Below, in pieces: positions 51,071 through 64,000 of a DNA stretch of 64,000 nucleotides. The notes below the pieces were generated by a model, which had not been told where the DNA came from, searched no databases, and was given only the letters and a program-made list of their open reading frames with translations. The DNA lies in NCBI GenBank assembly GCA_044349155.1, contig JBIKRQ010000002.1:5606-69605 (forward strand). The letters are read 5' to 3'. A program made the translations under genes and the position numbers. Source of the stretch: Myxococcota bacterium (GTDB taxonomy: Bacteria > Myxococcota > UBA727 > VGSZ01). Position 1 is the first letter of the stretch; each line of letters starts with the position of its first letter.

Positions 51071-51988
51071 ATGCGCCCGCAACACATCGTCCGCACACTC
51101 GCACTTTTCGCACTCATCGGCTCAACGGCCGCGAGTGCTTACCCAACCTCGGTGGTGTTCGCGCCAACCGGCGAATCGAAGTCGCTCGGCACGCTTGGCT
51201 ACTACGGCTACATCCCAGTGATGATCACGCCGACGTTCGCGCCCGGTGCAACGTGGGCCGGCATCGATGTTGGCGTGATGCCCACGTTTCGCGTTGGCGA
51301 CTTCGACCTTGGCGGTCTTGAGGTTGGCGTCGATGTCATCAACGGCTTCGTGGCTCCAGGAAAAGCGCCGGTCGCGAAGTTCGTCTACAACGCCAAGTTG
51401 CAGGTGGTGCGCGAGTCGGGGCTGATGCCGCACATCGCTCTCGGTGTGATGGAGGTCGACCTCGGCAACCTGGCGGCGTCAATGAACGCAGCCTACGCCG
51501 TTGCCACCAAGACCATCGCCATCGGCGACGTCGGCCTTGGTCGCGTCACCCTTGGTGGTGGCTACGTCGGCAACACCGACGTCAACGTCTACCTCGCACC
51601 AGGCTACTTGCGCGGCATCGGTGCCAACCAGGTGTGGTGGCTTGGTGGCTATGAATCTCCATCGGTGGGCCCGTTCAACTTCGCGGTCGACCACATCAGC
51701 GGCGTCAGTGAAGCCAGCTGCACCAACATCGCCATCAACTGGTCGGCGACGTCGCAGATGGGGATCATGGGCGGCCTGTCGCTCATGAACGAGCGCGAAG
51801 ATCCAAAGGCCACCTACGACGCTGTGTTCGTGTCGTTGTGGTCGTCGATCAATCCGTTTGAGAAGCTGCTCGCCGCAGCGCCAGCTGCTGCCGACGCTCC
51901 CGCTGTCGCGGCACCGGCCCCCACCGAACCCACGCCAGTCGCTGCGACCGCCACCGAAGGCGACGACGTCGCGATGGTGACCCCATGA
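51071..51988 (+). CDS. Putative outer-membrane beta-barrel protein
   Basis: Signal peptide ending ASA; alternating amphipathic beta strands rich in Gly and aromatics; Pro/Ala tail; ATGA-coupled to the kinase gene. Confidence 0.5.
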   Translation: MRPQHIVRTLALFALIGSTAASAYPTSVVFAPTGESKSLGTLGYYGYIPVMITPTFAPGATWAGIDVGVMPTFRVGDFDLGGLEVGVDVINGFVAPGKAPVAKFVYNAKLQVVRESGLMPHIALGVMEVDLGNLAASMNAAYAVATKTIAIGDVGLGRVTLGGGYVGNTDVNVYLAPGYLRGIGANQVWWLGGYESPSVGPFNFAVDHISGVSEASCTNIAINWSATSQMGIMGGLSLMNEREDPKATYDAVFVSLWSSINPFEKLLAAAPAAADAPAVAAPAPTEPTPVAATATEGDDVAMVTP

Positions 51989-54720
51989 GCGAAACCAAGG
52001 GCCGCTTCGGCATCCGCTTCCGCATTCTCGCTGCAATCTTTGTGTTTGAAGTGATCGGGTATTCCGCAGTTACGGTGCATAACAAAAATGGCACAGAAGA
52101 GGCCCTGCTGCAGGTTCGCCATCGGCAGCTCGAAGAGACCTTCAAGGCGAACACCGCTCAGCTCAACAACCTCACCGACTACATGGAGTCGGTGGCCCGC
52201 GGCCTGGCCACCGCCGGCTCGCGCCTGCAGCACATCAAGGCCTCAGGGGTCGATGTTGTCCCCGAGGTTCAGTCGTACATCGTCAAGTCGGTGGAGCAGA
52301 TGCCCGACGCGATTGGCGGCGGCCTGTGGTTTGAGCCCAACGTCTTCAACCCTGCCGATCGCTACTTTGGCCCCTACGCCTCGTGGAACAAGGGCAAGGT
52401 CGAATTCACCTGGGACCTGAATACACCGAAGTACGACTACCTGAATCAGTCGTGGTATACGGTCGCAATCGCAAACGGCGCGGCAAAAACCCTTCACCCC
52501 AAAAAGGGCGCGGTGTGGACCGAGCCCTACAAGGACGAAGCTGGCACCAGCGCGCTGATGATCACCGTCGACCACTACATGTACGACGACGCCGGCACGG
52601 TGATCGGCTTGTCGACGGTGGACTGGTCGCTGGAGCAAATCCAACGCTTCGTTCGCGAGGTCACGCTCACCGACAACACCGCCGGCTTCCTCGTCGACAG
52701 CCGCAGCGGCCTCGTGATCGCCGACGGCAAAAACCCCGCGGTCCAGATGACGCCCGCCAACAAGCAGGAGTGGATGAAGGGCATCGCGCTCGGCGGCACC
52801 GCCAACCAGGTTCAGGTCATGCCTTCCGTCGGTGTCGACGGCGTCGACCACATCGTTCGCTACGCGACCACCAACTCCGGCCTCGTGTTTGGCATGCGCG
52901 TTCCGCTCAACGAGTTCAGCGCTGAAGCAAATGCGATTGCCGCGGCAGGCTCGCGGGTGTCGTTTGGCGTCGCGCTCTTCTTCATCAGCCTTGGTGCTCT
53001 TGTGCTGCACCTGCTGTTTCAGCCGTTCAAGAAAGTCATCGCCCTCATCGGTGCGGCCACGTCGAAGCGCGATGCGCGCGGCGAGCTCATCGTCGAGCCC
53101 CTCGTCTACAACGAGCAGAACGAGTTTCAGGGCGTGGTGGGTGCACTCAACCAGATGACTGCTGCGATTGTCGAACGCGACCAACGCCTCGCCGCTTACG
53201 CTGAAGGCCTGGAGCACCAGGTCGCCGAGCGCACGTCACAGCTGCAGAAGCGCACGGTCGAGATCGAAGCGCGCAACACGCAGATGCGGCTCGTGATGAA
53301 CAACGTGAACCAGGGCCTGCTTACCATCGACGAGCTGGGCACCGTCGCCAACGAACGCTCCGCGATGGTCGAACGCTGGCTTGGCAAGATCCCCGGTGGA
53401 GCCAGCTTGTCGGAGATCCTTCGCCCGCTGAACCCCGGCGCTGCCGAGTGGCTCGACATGGGCTTGCCCGACTTGTTTGCTGAAGACATGCCCGCCGAGG
53501 TCATCGTGGCCCAGTTGCCGCATCACCTGCAGGTCGAGGTCGACGGCGCGCGCCAGGATCTGCGCATCGACTACACGCCGATTCGCGGCGACAACGAGCG
53601 CATCGAACGCGTGTTGGTGCTCTTCTCCGACGAGACGTCGGCGAGAGAGGCCGCTCGCCGCGAAGCAGAAGAAAAAGAAAACATGGCCGTGTTCGAGCGC
53701 ATCATGCGCGACCGCAGCGGCTTCGTGGCCTTCTACGACGACGCCAACAAGCTCATGGCTTCGCTGACGGGTCAGCAGGGCCGCGAGGAAGAGCGCCGCA
53801 CGCTGCACACGCTCAAGGGCAACTTCGGCATCTTCGGGCTCACGCGCCTGGCGTCGGTCATCCACGACCTCGAGACCGCGGTTGCCGAAGAAGACCGCCT
53901 GACCAACGACCTCGAGCGCGCAACGCTTGTGGGCTTGTGGCGCGACCTGAGCCGCCGCATGCAGAACTGGCTTGGCGATCAAGAGCGCAACTTTGTCGAG
54001 GTCGAAGACGCCGAATACCAGGCGGTCCTCGCGGCACTGTTTGCCGGTGGCTCCGCGGCCGACATCGCGCCGCGGGTGCAGGCCTGGTCGCTCGAACCCG
54101 CTGCACGTCGCCTCGTGCGTTTGGCCGAGCAGGCACAAGCCGTCGCCGTTCGCCTGGAGCGTTCGCCGGTGTCGGTCGACGTCGTCAGCAACGGCGTGCG
54201 CCTCGACCCCGTCGTGTTCAACGCGTTTTGGTCCTCGCTCGTGCACGTCACGCGCAACGCGATTGATCACGGCATCGAGCCTGCCGAAGCGCGCGAAGCA
54301 GCGGGCAAACCGACAAGTGGTCAGTTGCGCTTCTGCAGCGAGTTCGACGGCAGCACTGTGACCGTCACCGTTGACGACGACGGCCGCGGCATCGACTGGG
54401 ACCGTGTTGCAGCGAAGGCACAAAGCGCTGGCCTGCCACACGACACGCGTTCCGACCTCGTGGCGGCGTTGTTTACCGATGGCTTGTCGACCCGCGACGA
54501 GGTGAGCGAACTGTCGGGGCGTGGTGTTGGCATGTCGGCCGTGAAGGCGGCCGTCGACGAACTCGGCGGGGCCATTGAGGTCGAGAGCCGACCCAACCGC
54601 GGCACCCGCTTCGTGTTCTCGTTCGCCCTGTCGTCGCCAGCACTGGCGCCGGCGCGTGCGCGGGCTTCCGGTGGGCGCCTCGCGTTCGTGATGACCCCGC
54701 AGCGCACAGCCGCCGCCTGA
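51985..54720 (+). CDS. Membrane-bound dCache-HAMP-PAS-Hpt-CheA-like histidine kinase
   Basis: Two TM flanking a dCache (GLWFEPN, WY, WTEPYKD); Hpt LHTLKG; RNAIDHGIE, DDDGRG, SGRGVGM. No CheW domain. Confidence 0.85.
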   Translation: MSETKGRFGIRFRILAAIFVFEVIGYSAVTVHNKNGTEEALLQVRHRQLEETFKANTAQLNNLTDYMESVARGLATAGSRLQHIKASGVDVVPEVQSYIVKSVEQMPDAIGGGLWFEPNVFNPADRYFGPYASWNKGKVEFTWDLNTPKYDYLNQSWYTVAIANGAAKTLHPKKGAVWTEPYKDEAGTSALMITVDHYMYDDAGTVIGLSTVDWSLEQIQRFVREVTLTDNTAGFLVDSRSGLVIADGKNPAVQMTPANKQEWMKGIALGGTANQVQVMPSVGVDGVDHIVRYATTNSGLVFGMRVPLNEFSAEANAIAAAGSRVSFGVALFFISLGALVLHLLFQPFKKVIALIGAATSKRDARGELIVEPLVYNEQNEFQGVVGALNQMTAAIVERDQRLAAYAEGLEHQVAERTSQLQKRTVEIEARNTQMRLVMNNVNQGLLTIDELGTVANERSAMVERWLGKIPGGASLSEILRPLNPGAAEWLDMGLPDLFAEDMPAEVIVAQLPHHLQVEVDGARQDLRIDYTPIRGDNERIERVLVLFSDETSAREAARREAEEKENMAVFERIMRDRSGFVAFYDDANKLMASLTGQQGREEERRTLHTLKGNFGIFGLTRLASVIHDLETAVAEEDRLTNDLERATLVGLWRDLSRRMQNWLGDQERNFVEVEDAEYQAVLAALFAGGSAADIAPRVQAWSLEPAARRLVRLAEQAQAVAVRLERSPVSVDVVSNGVRLDPVVFNAFWSSLVHVTRNAIDHGIEPAEAREAAGKPTSGQLRFCSEFDGSTVTVTVDDDGRGIDWDRVAAKAQSAGLPHDTRSDLVAALFTDGLSTRDEVSELSGRGVGMSAVKAAVDELGGAIEVESRPNRGTRFVFSFALSSPALAPARARASGGRLAFVMTPQRTAAA

Positions 54721-54850
54721 GTTCGGCGACGAGCGAGTTGTTGACCCTGACGAGGCTGGCCAATGCGCCAGCCTCGAAGAGAAAACCGGCTTTGCGGTTT
54801 TGTCGCCGAGGCGAACCTCTTGAGGGGCGGGCGGGGAAACTTCCCCGCCG
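54721..54850. repeat. Structured multi-hairpin intergenic element, left copy
   Basis: Stems cgaggctggc/gccagcctcg, aaaaccg/cggtttt, ggcggggaa/ttccccgcc. 54771-54840 recurs inverted at 59182-59241. Confidence 0.8.
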
Positions 54851-54940
54851 ATCAATCCAGCCTCGTCGTCATGACGGATCTGCGATCGCGCCAGCAATCA
54901 CCTCTGCCGTGGCACATCCACGGATGTGGTTGGAGGTGCG

Positions 54941-56337
54941 ATGTTGCTCTCAAGACGACGCGTGTTGGCAGGCCTGGCGTGTTTGCCGTTGCTCGAGGCT
55001 GCAGCTCCCCGTGCGGTGCGGGCGCAGTCCACCGGCGGTGCGTTGCGCTTCGTCGGCATGTTTCACACCAACGGCTGCGTACCGTCGCTGTGGAAGCCGC
55101 AGGCGTTTGGCGCGTCGCCCACGTTGCCGTTGTCGCTGCAGCCGCTGCAAGACGTGCTCGCCGACGTCAGCATCATCTCGAACATGCGCCTCGGCGACAC
55201 CGACAACATGAACAGCCACGGCGGGGGCCAGAAGTGCTTTCTCACATCGTCGCTCACGTTTGACGGCGCCACGTCGGTCGACCAGGTCATCGGCCGCCTC
55301 ACCGAAGACCAGGTGCGGTTGTCGACGTTGAACTTCAGCCTCGAGAACAACGGCTACTACTTCCCGCCGCAGATCGTCGAAAACGCCAACGGCATCTACG
55401 AAGCACCAAACGGCGAAGACCGTCAGGACCGCTGCCAGGACTCCGAGTCGTGCCGCGTCTCCGTCGTCGACGGCACCACGCAGGCCAATGTCTATCATCC
55501 GCAGGTCGCCTTCGAGCGCTTGTTTGGTTCGCTGGCGGGCAACACCGGCGGCACCTCCACCGGCAGCGAGAGCGGACCATCGCCGTCGGCGTTGAAGCAG
55601 GCGGCGCGTCGTCGTCGCGTGGTCGACTTGATCAGCGGTCATGCCCGCACGTTGCGCGGCCAGGTGAGCAGCACCGATCAACAGCGCGTCGACGAGTACC
55701 TCGAGGGTGTGCGTCGCATCGAGCGCGAGCTCGACCAGATTTCGGGCACGGGCGGCGGTGGTGGTGGTTCAACGCCGGTGTCGGCGTCGTGTGATGCGAC
55801 CACGCCGGTCAGCGGCATTCCCGTCGACCGCACCCGCTACGCGCAGTTGTTGGCCGACATCATCGCGCGCGGCTTTCAGTGCGATGCCACGCGTTCGGCG
55901 ACGTACATGTTGGGGCAGGGTGTGAGCCCCATGCCGTTTGTCGTCGACGGTGTGACGTACTCGCACCACGGCGATGCATCGCACCACGGCACGGATGCCG
56001 CGCGCACGAATGCCAAGGGGAAGATCGACCAGTGGCAGGTGAGCGTGTTCGCCTACCTGGTGCGGCAGTTGGGGCTCATGCTCGACGCCGACGGTGTGCC
56101 GATCATCGACCGCACGGCCATTTTTTACACGAGCGACATCGCCGACTCCGATGCGCACAACTCCACCGACATGCCGCTGTTGTTGGGCGGCAGCCTTGGC
56201 GGCGTGCTCACACCGGGTGGTCACATCGACGGCGGCGGCAACACCACGGGCAACTTGTTCGTGCGCATTCTGCAGGCCTTCGACCCCACGATCTCGACGT
56301 TTGGCGACTACGGCCACGTGCGCATGGAAGGTGTGTG

Positions 56338-56338
<1 letters not shown>
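54941..56338 (+). CDS. DUF1552-domain Tat-exported protein
   Basis: SRRRVL Tat motif, NG...W.P, SLQPL, SVDQVI, PQVAFERLF, FQCDATR, HH..SHH, H....P.LL.G. Confidence 0.9.
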
Positions 56339-59181
<2,843 letters not shown>

Positions 59182-59241
59182 GTTTCCCCGTCCGCCCCTC
59201 ACTCGGCGACAAAGCCGCAACGCCGGTTTTCTCTTCGAGGC
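59182..59241. repeat. Inverted partial copy of the 54771-54840 element
   Basis: Reverse complement gcctcgaagagaaaaccggcgttgcggctttgtcgccgag-tgaggggcggacggggaaac. Confidence 0.85.
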
Positions 59242-59294
59242 CCGAAGCAAAATTCGCCTGGTGACCCGGTAGATCGGACACTCGAACGGTCGGT

Positions 59295-59341
59295 TGCGTG
59301 AAATCCCGCATGGCAAATATGGCACTGCGTGATTTCACGCA
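59295..59341. promoter_or_regulatory. Tandem palindromic binding sites (bEBP UAS-like)
   Basis: TGCGTGAAATCCCGCA (59295-59310) and TGCGTGATTTCACGCA (59326-59341); centres 31 bp apart. Confidence 0.7.
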
Positions 59342-59449
59342 GTCTGGATGACTGCTGTCGCAGCCGGATGCGGCGCAAGACTCGGCACGGACCCTGCTTA
59401 AACAGACCTCGCTGCGCCCCCCGCAGCCCGAGATCTGAAAGGTCCTGCC

Positions 59450-60409
59450 ATGGTCGATGTCGATCACGCTTCCGTTTCGCCTTCCTTTCCGCTCACGTCT
59501 TCGGCCAGCGAATTGCCCTTCGCCACCGAACGGTCGCTGTTGGGGGACAGCGCCGGCATGCGCACGGTGCGCGCGCTCTTGAGTGCTGTGGTCACGTCCG
59601 ATGCACCGCTGGTGCTCACGGGCGAGCGCGGCACTGGCAAGGTGCGTATTGCGCGCTGGCTGCACGCCAACGGACCACGGGCCACCGGGCCCCTCGTCGT
59701 CGTGCACTGCGCCGCCTTGCCCGTCATGACCATCGAGGAGCACCTGCTTGGACGCAGCGGCACGCCTGGTGCGTTGGCGCGCGCGGCCGGCGGCACCCTG
59801 GTCCTCGACGGCCTTGATGCGTTGCCGGCTCGTGTGCAGGTGTCGTTGCTGCGGGCGTTGACGTCGTTGGAGCACAAGTCGCCCCACGATCGCCCACGCT
59901 TCATCTCGACCCTCGTCGACACGCCGGCTCTGGCCATCCGCGCGGGGCGCCTGCGCGAAGACCTGCGCTTCCGCCTGGGTGTGTTCACCGTCGCCATGCC
60001 CGCCCTGCGTGAGCGCAAGGAAGACATCGTTGGCCTCGCCGACGAACTCATCCGCCGCGCTGCTGCTCGACGTGGACGCAAGGCTCCACCGTTGGCGCAG
60101 GCCTCGCGCGAGCAGGCGCTCACGCACCACTGGCCCGGCAACATCGCCGAGTTCGAAACCGCGATCGAGCACGCCCTCGACGACGTCGACGCCGACCCCG
60201 CCGCCACGTTGGCCCTGCAGTTGGCAGTCGACCCCGGCGCGCTGTTCGCCGTCGAGGTCACGCGCATCGAGTCGGCGCCAACGTTGGAAGAAGTCGAGGT
60301 GCGCTACATCCACCACATCCTGCGCCTCGTGGGTGGCAACAAAACACGCGCCGCTGAAGTGCTGCAGGTGGATCGCCGTACGCTCTACCGTCGTCTGGCG
60401 CGCACCTGA
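59450..60409 (+). CDS. Degenerate sigma54-interaction (AAA+)/Fis-HTH transcriptional regulator
   Basis: Walker A GERGTGK, LREDLRFRL, WPGNIAE, GNKTRAAEVLQVDRRTLYRRL. GAFTGA loop absent; Walker B reads LVLDG. Confidence 0.85.
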   Translation: MVDVDHASVSPSFPLTSSASELPFATERSLLGDSAGMRTVRALLSAVVTSDAPLVLTGERGTGKVRIARWLHANGPRATGPLVVVHCAALPVMTIEEHLLGRSGTPGALARAAGGTLVLDGLDALPARVQVSLLRALTSLEHKSPHDRPRFISTLVDTPALAIRAGRLREDLRFRLGVFTVAMPALRERKEDIVGLADELIRRAAARRGRKAPPLAQASREQALTHHWPGNIAEFETAIEHALDDVDADPAATLALQLAVDPGALFAVEVTRIESAPTLEEVEVRYIHHILRLVGGNKTRAAEVLQVDRRTLYRRLART

Positions 60410-60485
60410 CCGTGTGACGCCGTCGACATGACAGCACGCAGGCCACTGTGCCTACGGTCCCGACCTCACGCTGTGGAGGTCGGGT

Positions 60486-63400
60486 ATGCGTCGCTTCGAA
60501 CTCGTTGAAGGCTCGTCGAGCAAGTTCTGGGAAATCGGTCTCGAGGGCAGCTCGTTCACGGTCGTCTACGGCCGCATCGGCACGTCGGGCACCACGCAGA
60601 CCAAGTCGTTTGACGACGACACCAAGGCGAAAAAAGAGCACGACAAGCTCGTCGCCGAGAAGACGAAGAAGGGCTACAGCGAAGTCGGTGCTGATGCGTC
60701 AGCCAACGCTGCGCCCACCTCGGCTACCGCCGCTGCGCCAAAAGCCGCAAAGGCGCAAAAGCCCAAGAGCGCCCCTGTCGATGATGCGGATGAAGCAAGC
60801 GCACCCGTCGCGAAGGCAGCACCCGCTGCTGCTGCACCCGTGGCGCCGCCCGTCGAAGCCGAAGACCAGGTGTTTTGGACCGACGCGCTCACGAAGCGTG
60901 CCTTTCCTCGTCGTGGCGGCGTGGTGGTGCCGTTCAAGGTGCCCACGGCGGTGGCGGCCCTCAACGCGGTGAAGAAGGCGATGACGGCGCGTGCCGAACT
61001 CGCAAAGACGATCGCCGACCAGCAGCGCTCGGGTCACGAAGCAATCGCGCGCCTCACGAAGGCAGTCGAGGCGGGCAAAGCCCCAGCAGACGTCGACGAC
61101 GCCAGCGTGCTGCTCTGCTGGTTCGGCATGCAGCCGACCTACCGGGTGCCGCACGCGTTCGACGACGCTGTTGATTGGCTTGTTGGCGGTCAGGGCGTTG
61201 CCTTGGCCACCGGCGCGATCGTGCGGTCGATGGAGCGCAGCTTTCGGTCGCCCGCCTACTCCGGCACCTCCGTCGTCGAGCTGCTGGAAACGCCAGCCGA
61301 CCATTGGAGTTCGAGCTTCGAGGGGGGGCGCTCGTGGCGCGGCCTCGATCGGTTGCGCTGCTATCTTGTGGCGGCGAGCGATGCCGACTACGCCGCAGCG
61401 CTCGCGGCGGCTCGCCCATTGCGCAAGAGCATGAACGAGCGGGTGGCGTCGTCCGTGTTGTTCCCCGACGCCGACTTCGTCACACAAGACCTCGAAGACT
61501 GCCTGTCGGCACAACCCGGCTACCTCGCGTTGCTCGCAAGCGTGTCGAAGCTCGAGCAGGTGCCAGCGACATCTCAGTTCAGTGTCAACAACCTCGTCGA
61601 CAACAACGGCAACGGGATCGGCGCTGACCTCGCGGCAACGCTCATCGATGGCCTGGGCCGTGATGCCGCCGTGCTGTTCGCGCGCGCAACAGCATACGAC
61701 GGCGACCAGGATGTGCGCTGGTACGAGGCCATCGGCGCCATCGGCAGCGACGAGACGGTTGGCGTGGTGGCGCAACACCTCTCGCAAAAAGCGGCGCAGG
61801 CAGCACTCGCCGACATCGCGCTGTTTCAACCCCGTCGCGTGATGCGCCTGACCGCGAAGGCTGCAGCGGCACGCGGCAAGAGCGGCGATCCCGCGCGCGC
61901 GGTGTTGTCGTCGTTGGTGCGTCGCCTGCCTGAACTCGTCGCTGAGGTCACGCCGTTTCTCGACGCCGAAGGAGTGCGCGGCCTGGCCGCCGTCGTCGCC
62001 GACCAGGGCGAAGCCGTCGCCGATGCTGCACCCGCTGATGTGCCGTCGTTTCTCGCCTCGCCACCATGGCACGCGAAGAAGGCCAAAGCCGCCGGCGCGG
62101 TGTTGCTCGATGTGAAGGTCACGCCACTGCCACCATCGATGGTGTGGTTGCCCAAAGAGCGCGAGAAGTGGGAGCAGAGGGGCGGCAGCGGTTCGAAGTA
62201 CGACGAGAACTGGTGGCGTCAGAAGGTCAACGGCAACAGCACGATCGACGTCGACGACCTCGCGAATGCGCCCACGGAATGGGCCGAACGTTTTGCCGAA
62301 CGTGTGCACAACCGCTGGTCTGACACGAGCTACTACCCGCGCGCCGTGGCCCGTCACGAACTCGCGATCCTGCCGCTTTACACCGCACGCATCGCTGCGG
62401 CGTTCGCCGAGGTCATCGACTTCCTCGTGCCCGTTGGCGTCGATGCCTTCGCGATGCCCATGGCCACCGCCCTCGCCACAAAGAAGTCGATGCGCGACAG
62501 CGCGCGGCAGTGGCTGCTGCGTCATCCGCGTCATGCGGCCAATGGTGTGTTGGCCACCGCCGTCGGCAAGGTCAGCAAAGACCGCGAGTACGCCGAAGAC
62601 GTGCTGCGGTTGTTGGCGAAAAACGGCCACGAGCAAACCGTGCTCGACCTTGCTGCCGTAGCCAACGTGAAGGACGCCGTCGTTGCGATTTTGGCGGCGA
62701 GCCCGTTCGACAAATTCCCCGCGAAGGTCCCCAAGCTCGCGACGTGGCTCGATGCGCAGTCGTTGCCGCGCCCGGTGCTCAAAGGCGGCAAGGGTGCGTT
62801 GTCGATCGCCGCCACCAGCGCGGTGCTCGAGATGGTGGCGTTCTCGTCGTTGGACGACCCCTACGCGGGGATCGAAGCCCTCAAAGAAGCGTGCGAACCA
62901 AAGAGCCTCGCGCGCCTCGCGTGGGCCACGTTGTCGACGTGGTTGGTGAACGGGGCATCGAGCAAAGAGGGCTACGGCCTCAACATCGTCGGCTTCTTCG
63001 GCGACGACGACTGTGCCCGCAAGCTCGCGGCATATGCGCGGGAGTGGCCCGGTGAAGCGGCTCACGCGCGCGCGGTGAGTGCCCTCGACGTGTTGGCGGT
63101 GATCGGCTCCGACGTCGCCCTCATGCACCTCAACGCGATCGCCTTGAAGTCGAAGTTCAAGGGCCTGCAGACCAAGGCGCAGGGGAAGATCGAGCTCATT
63201 GCTGAAACGCGTGGCCTCAGCCGCGAAGAACTCGAAGACCGCCTGGCACCCGACCTCGGCCTCGACGACGACGGCAGCATGAAGCTCGACTTCGGCACAC
63301 GCTGGTTCACCGTCGGCTTCGACGAAGCGCTGCGGCCGTTTGTCAAAGACCACGAAGGCGCACGCCTCAAAGACCTGCCCAAGCCGAAGGCCAGCGACGA

Positions 63401-64000
63401 CGGCGAGAAGGCCAAAGCTGCGGCTGAGACCTGGGGGCAGTTGAAGAAGGATGCGAAGCAAGCGGCGTCGCTGCAGATCCTGCGCCTCGAGTTGGCGATG
63501 TGCGGACAGCGCCGCTTCGATGCTGCTGGCTTCAACGAGTTGTTCGTGCAGCACCCGCTCGTCGTGCACATCGTGCGGCGCCTCGTGTGGGGTACGTACC
63601 TCGACGGCAAGCTCACCAACACCTTCCGCGTCGCTGAAGATCGCTCGTGTGCCGACGGCAACGACGACGCGTTTTCGATCCCCGACGGTGTCACCGTCGG
63701 TATTCCGCACCCGCTCGAACTCGACGACGCCACGTCGGGCAAGTGGTCGCAGGTCTTTGGCGACTACGAGTTGGTGCAGCCGTTTGCGCAGCTGGGGCGG
63801 CCCACGTTTGTCGCCGACGAAGCGCAGCGGGCGAGCAAGGTGCTCGATGTGGTCAAGGGCATCACCGTCAAGACGGGCAAGGTGCTGGGCCTCGAGCAGC
63901 GTCGGTGGCGCCGTGGCGCACCGCAAGATGGCGGCGTGGTGTGCTGGATGGAGAAGCAGCTCGCCGACGGCCGCACGGTCACCCTCGACCTCGAGCAGGG
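60486..64000 (+). CDS. WGR-domain + DUF4132 protein (MolR/YehF-like; runs off the right edge)
   Basis: Not in the ORF track (no stop in window). GGAGG SD; MRRFELVEGSSSKFWEI..VVYGRIG...EKTKKGY (WGR); LEDRLAPDLGLD, RLELAMC, HPLV...RRLVWG, QPFAQLGR (DUF4132). Confidence 0.9.
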   Translation, partial: MRRFELVEGSSSKFWEIGLEGSSFTVVYGRIGTSGTTQTKSFDDDTKAKKEHDKLVAEKTKKGYSEVGADASANAAPTSATAAAPKAAKAQKPKSAPVDDADEASAPVAKAAPAAAAPVAPPVEAEDQVFWTDALTKRAFPRRGGVVVPFKVPTAVAALNAVKKAMTARAELAKTIADQQRSGHEAIARLTKAVEAGKAPADVDDASVLLCWFGMQPTYRVPHAFDDAVDWLVGGQGVALATGAIVRSMERSFRSPAYSGTSVVELLETPADHWSSSFEGGRSWRGLDRLRCYLVAASDADYAAALAAARPLRKSMNERVASSVLFPDADFVTQDLEDCLSAQPGYLALLASVSKLEQVPATSQFSVNNLVDNNGNGIGADLAATLIDGLGRDAAVLFARATAYDGDQDVRWYEAIGAIGSDETVGVVAQHLSQKAAQAALADIALFQPRRVMRLTAKAAAARGKSGDPARAVLSSLVRRLPELVAEVTPFLDAEGVRGLAAVVADQGEAVADAAPADVPSFLASPPWHAKKAKAAGAVLLDVKVTPLPPSMVWLPKEREKWEQRGGSGSKYDENWWRQKVNGNSTIDVDDLANAPTEWAERFAERVHNRWSDTSYYPRAVARHELAILPLYTARIAAAFAEVIDFLVPVGVDAFAMPMATALATKKSMRDSARQWLLRHPRHAANGVLATAVGKVSKDREYAEDVLRLLAKNGHEQTVLDLAAVANVKDAVVAILAASPFDKFPAKVPKLATWLDAQSLPRPVLKGGKGALSIAATSAVLEMVAFSSLDDPYAGIEALKEACEPKSLARLAWATLSTWLVNGASSKEGYGLNIVGFFGDDDCARKLAAYAREWPGEAAHARAVSALDVLAVIGSDVALMHLNAIALKSKFKGLQTKAQGKIELIAETRGLSREELEDRLAPDLGLDDDGSMKLDFGTRWFTVGFDEALRPFVKDHEGARLKDLPKPKASDDGEKAKAAAETWGQLKKDAKQAASLQILRLELAMCGQRRFDAAGFNELFVQHPLVVHIVRRLVWGTYLDGKLTNTFRVAEDRSCADGNDDAFSIPDGVTVGIPHPLELDDATSGKWSQVFGDYELVQPFAQLGRPTFVADEAQRASKVLDVVKGITVKTGKVLGLEQRRWRRGAPQDGGVVCWMEKQLADGRTVTLDLEQ

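Noticed and set aside
60699-63926. 1075-aa minus-strand ORF
   Set aside because: Antisense shadow of the WGR-DUF4132 gene; no recognisable motifs.

Overview
GC-rich bacterial chromosome segment, most likely Myxococcota or a related deltaproteobacterial lineage (inferred from a MYXO-CTERM tail, a DUF1552/DUF1592 pair and a WGR-DUF4132 gene). It holds about 43 protein-coding genes; I saw no rRNA, tRNA, CRISPR array or transposase. In order: two divergent GT-C glycosyltransferases, secreted lipoproteins, an OsmC-family gene between inverted REP-like repeats, PBP1A, an MFS pump and a tandem pair of SUKH(SMI1/KNR4)-like paralogues. Then come surface proteins, a TPAT/TRAP transporter, a lipid biosynthetic locus, a split menaquinone (men) operon headed by a DAHP synthase, a membrane-bound dCache-CheA hybrid kinase, an inverted-repeat-flanked DUF1552/DUF1592(+CBM+Cip1) cassette, a degenerate sigma54 activator with tandem UAS-like palindromes, and WGR-DUF4132. 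The best candidate for an undescribed system is 21477-36192. Two divergent FAAL-ACP-condensation enzymes lie there, one with an AurF/CylC-type diiron domain between FAAL and ACP. That gene heads a tightly coupled run of serC, DUF3142, a membrane protein and the TPAT transporter. All family calls come from motif reading by eye, not from database searches.
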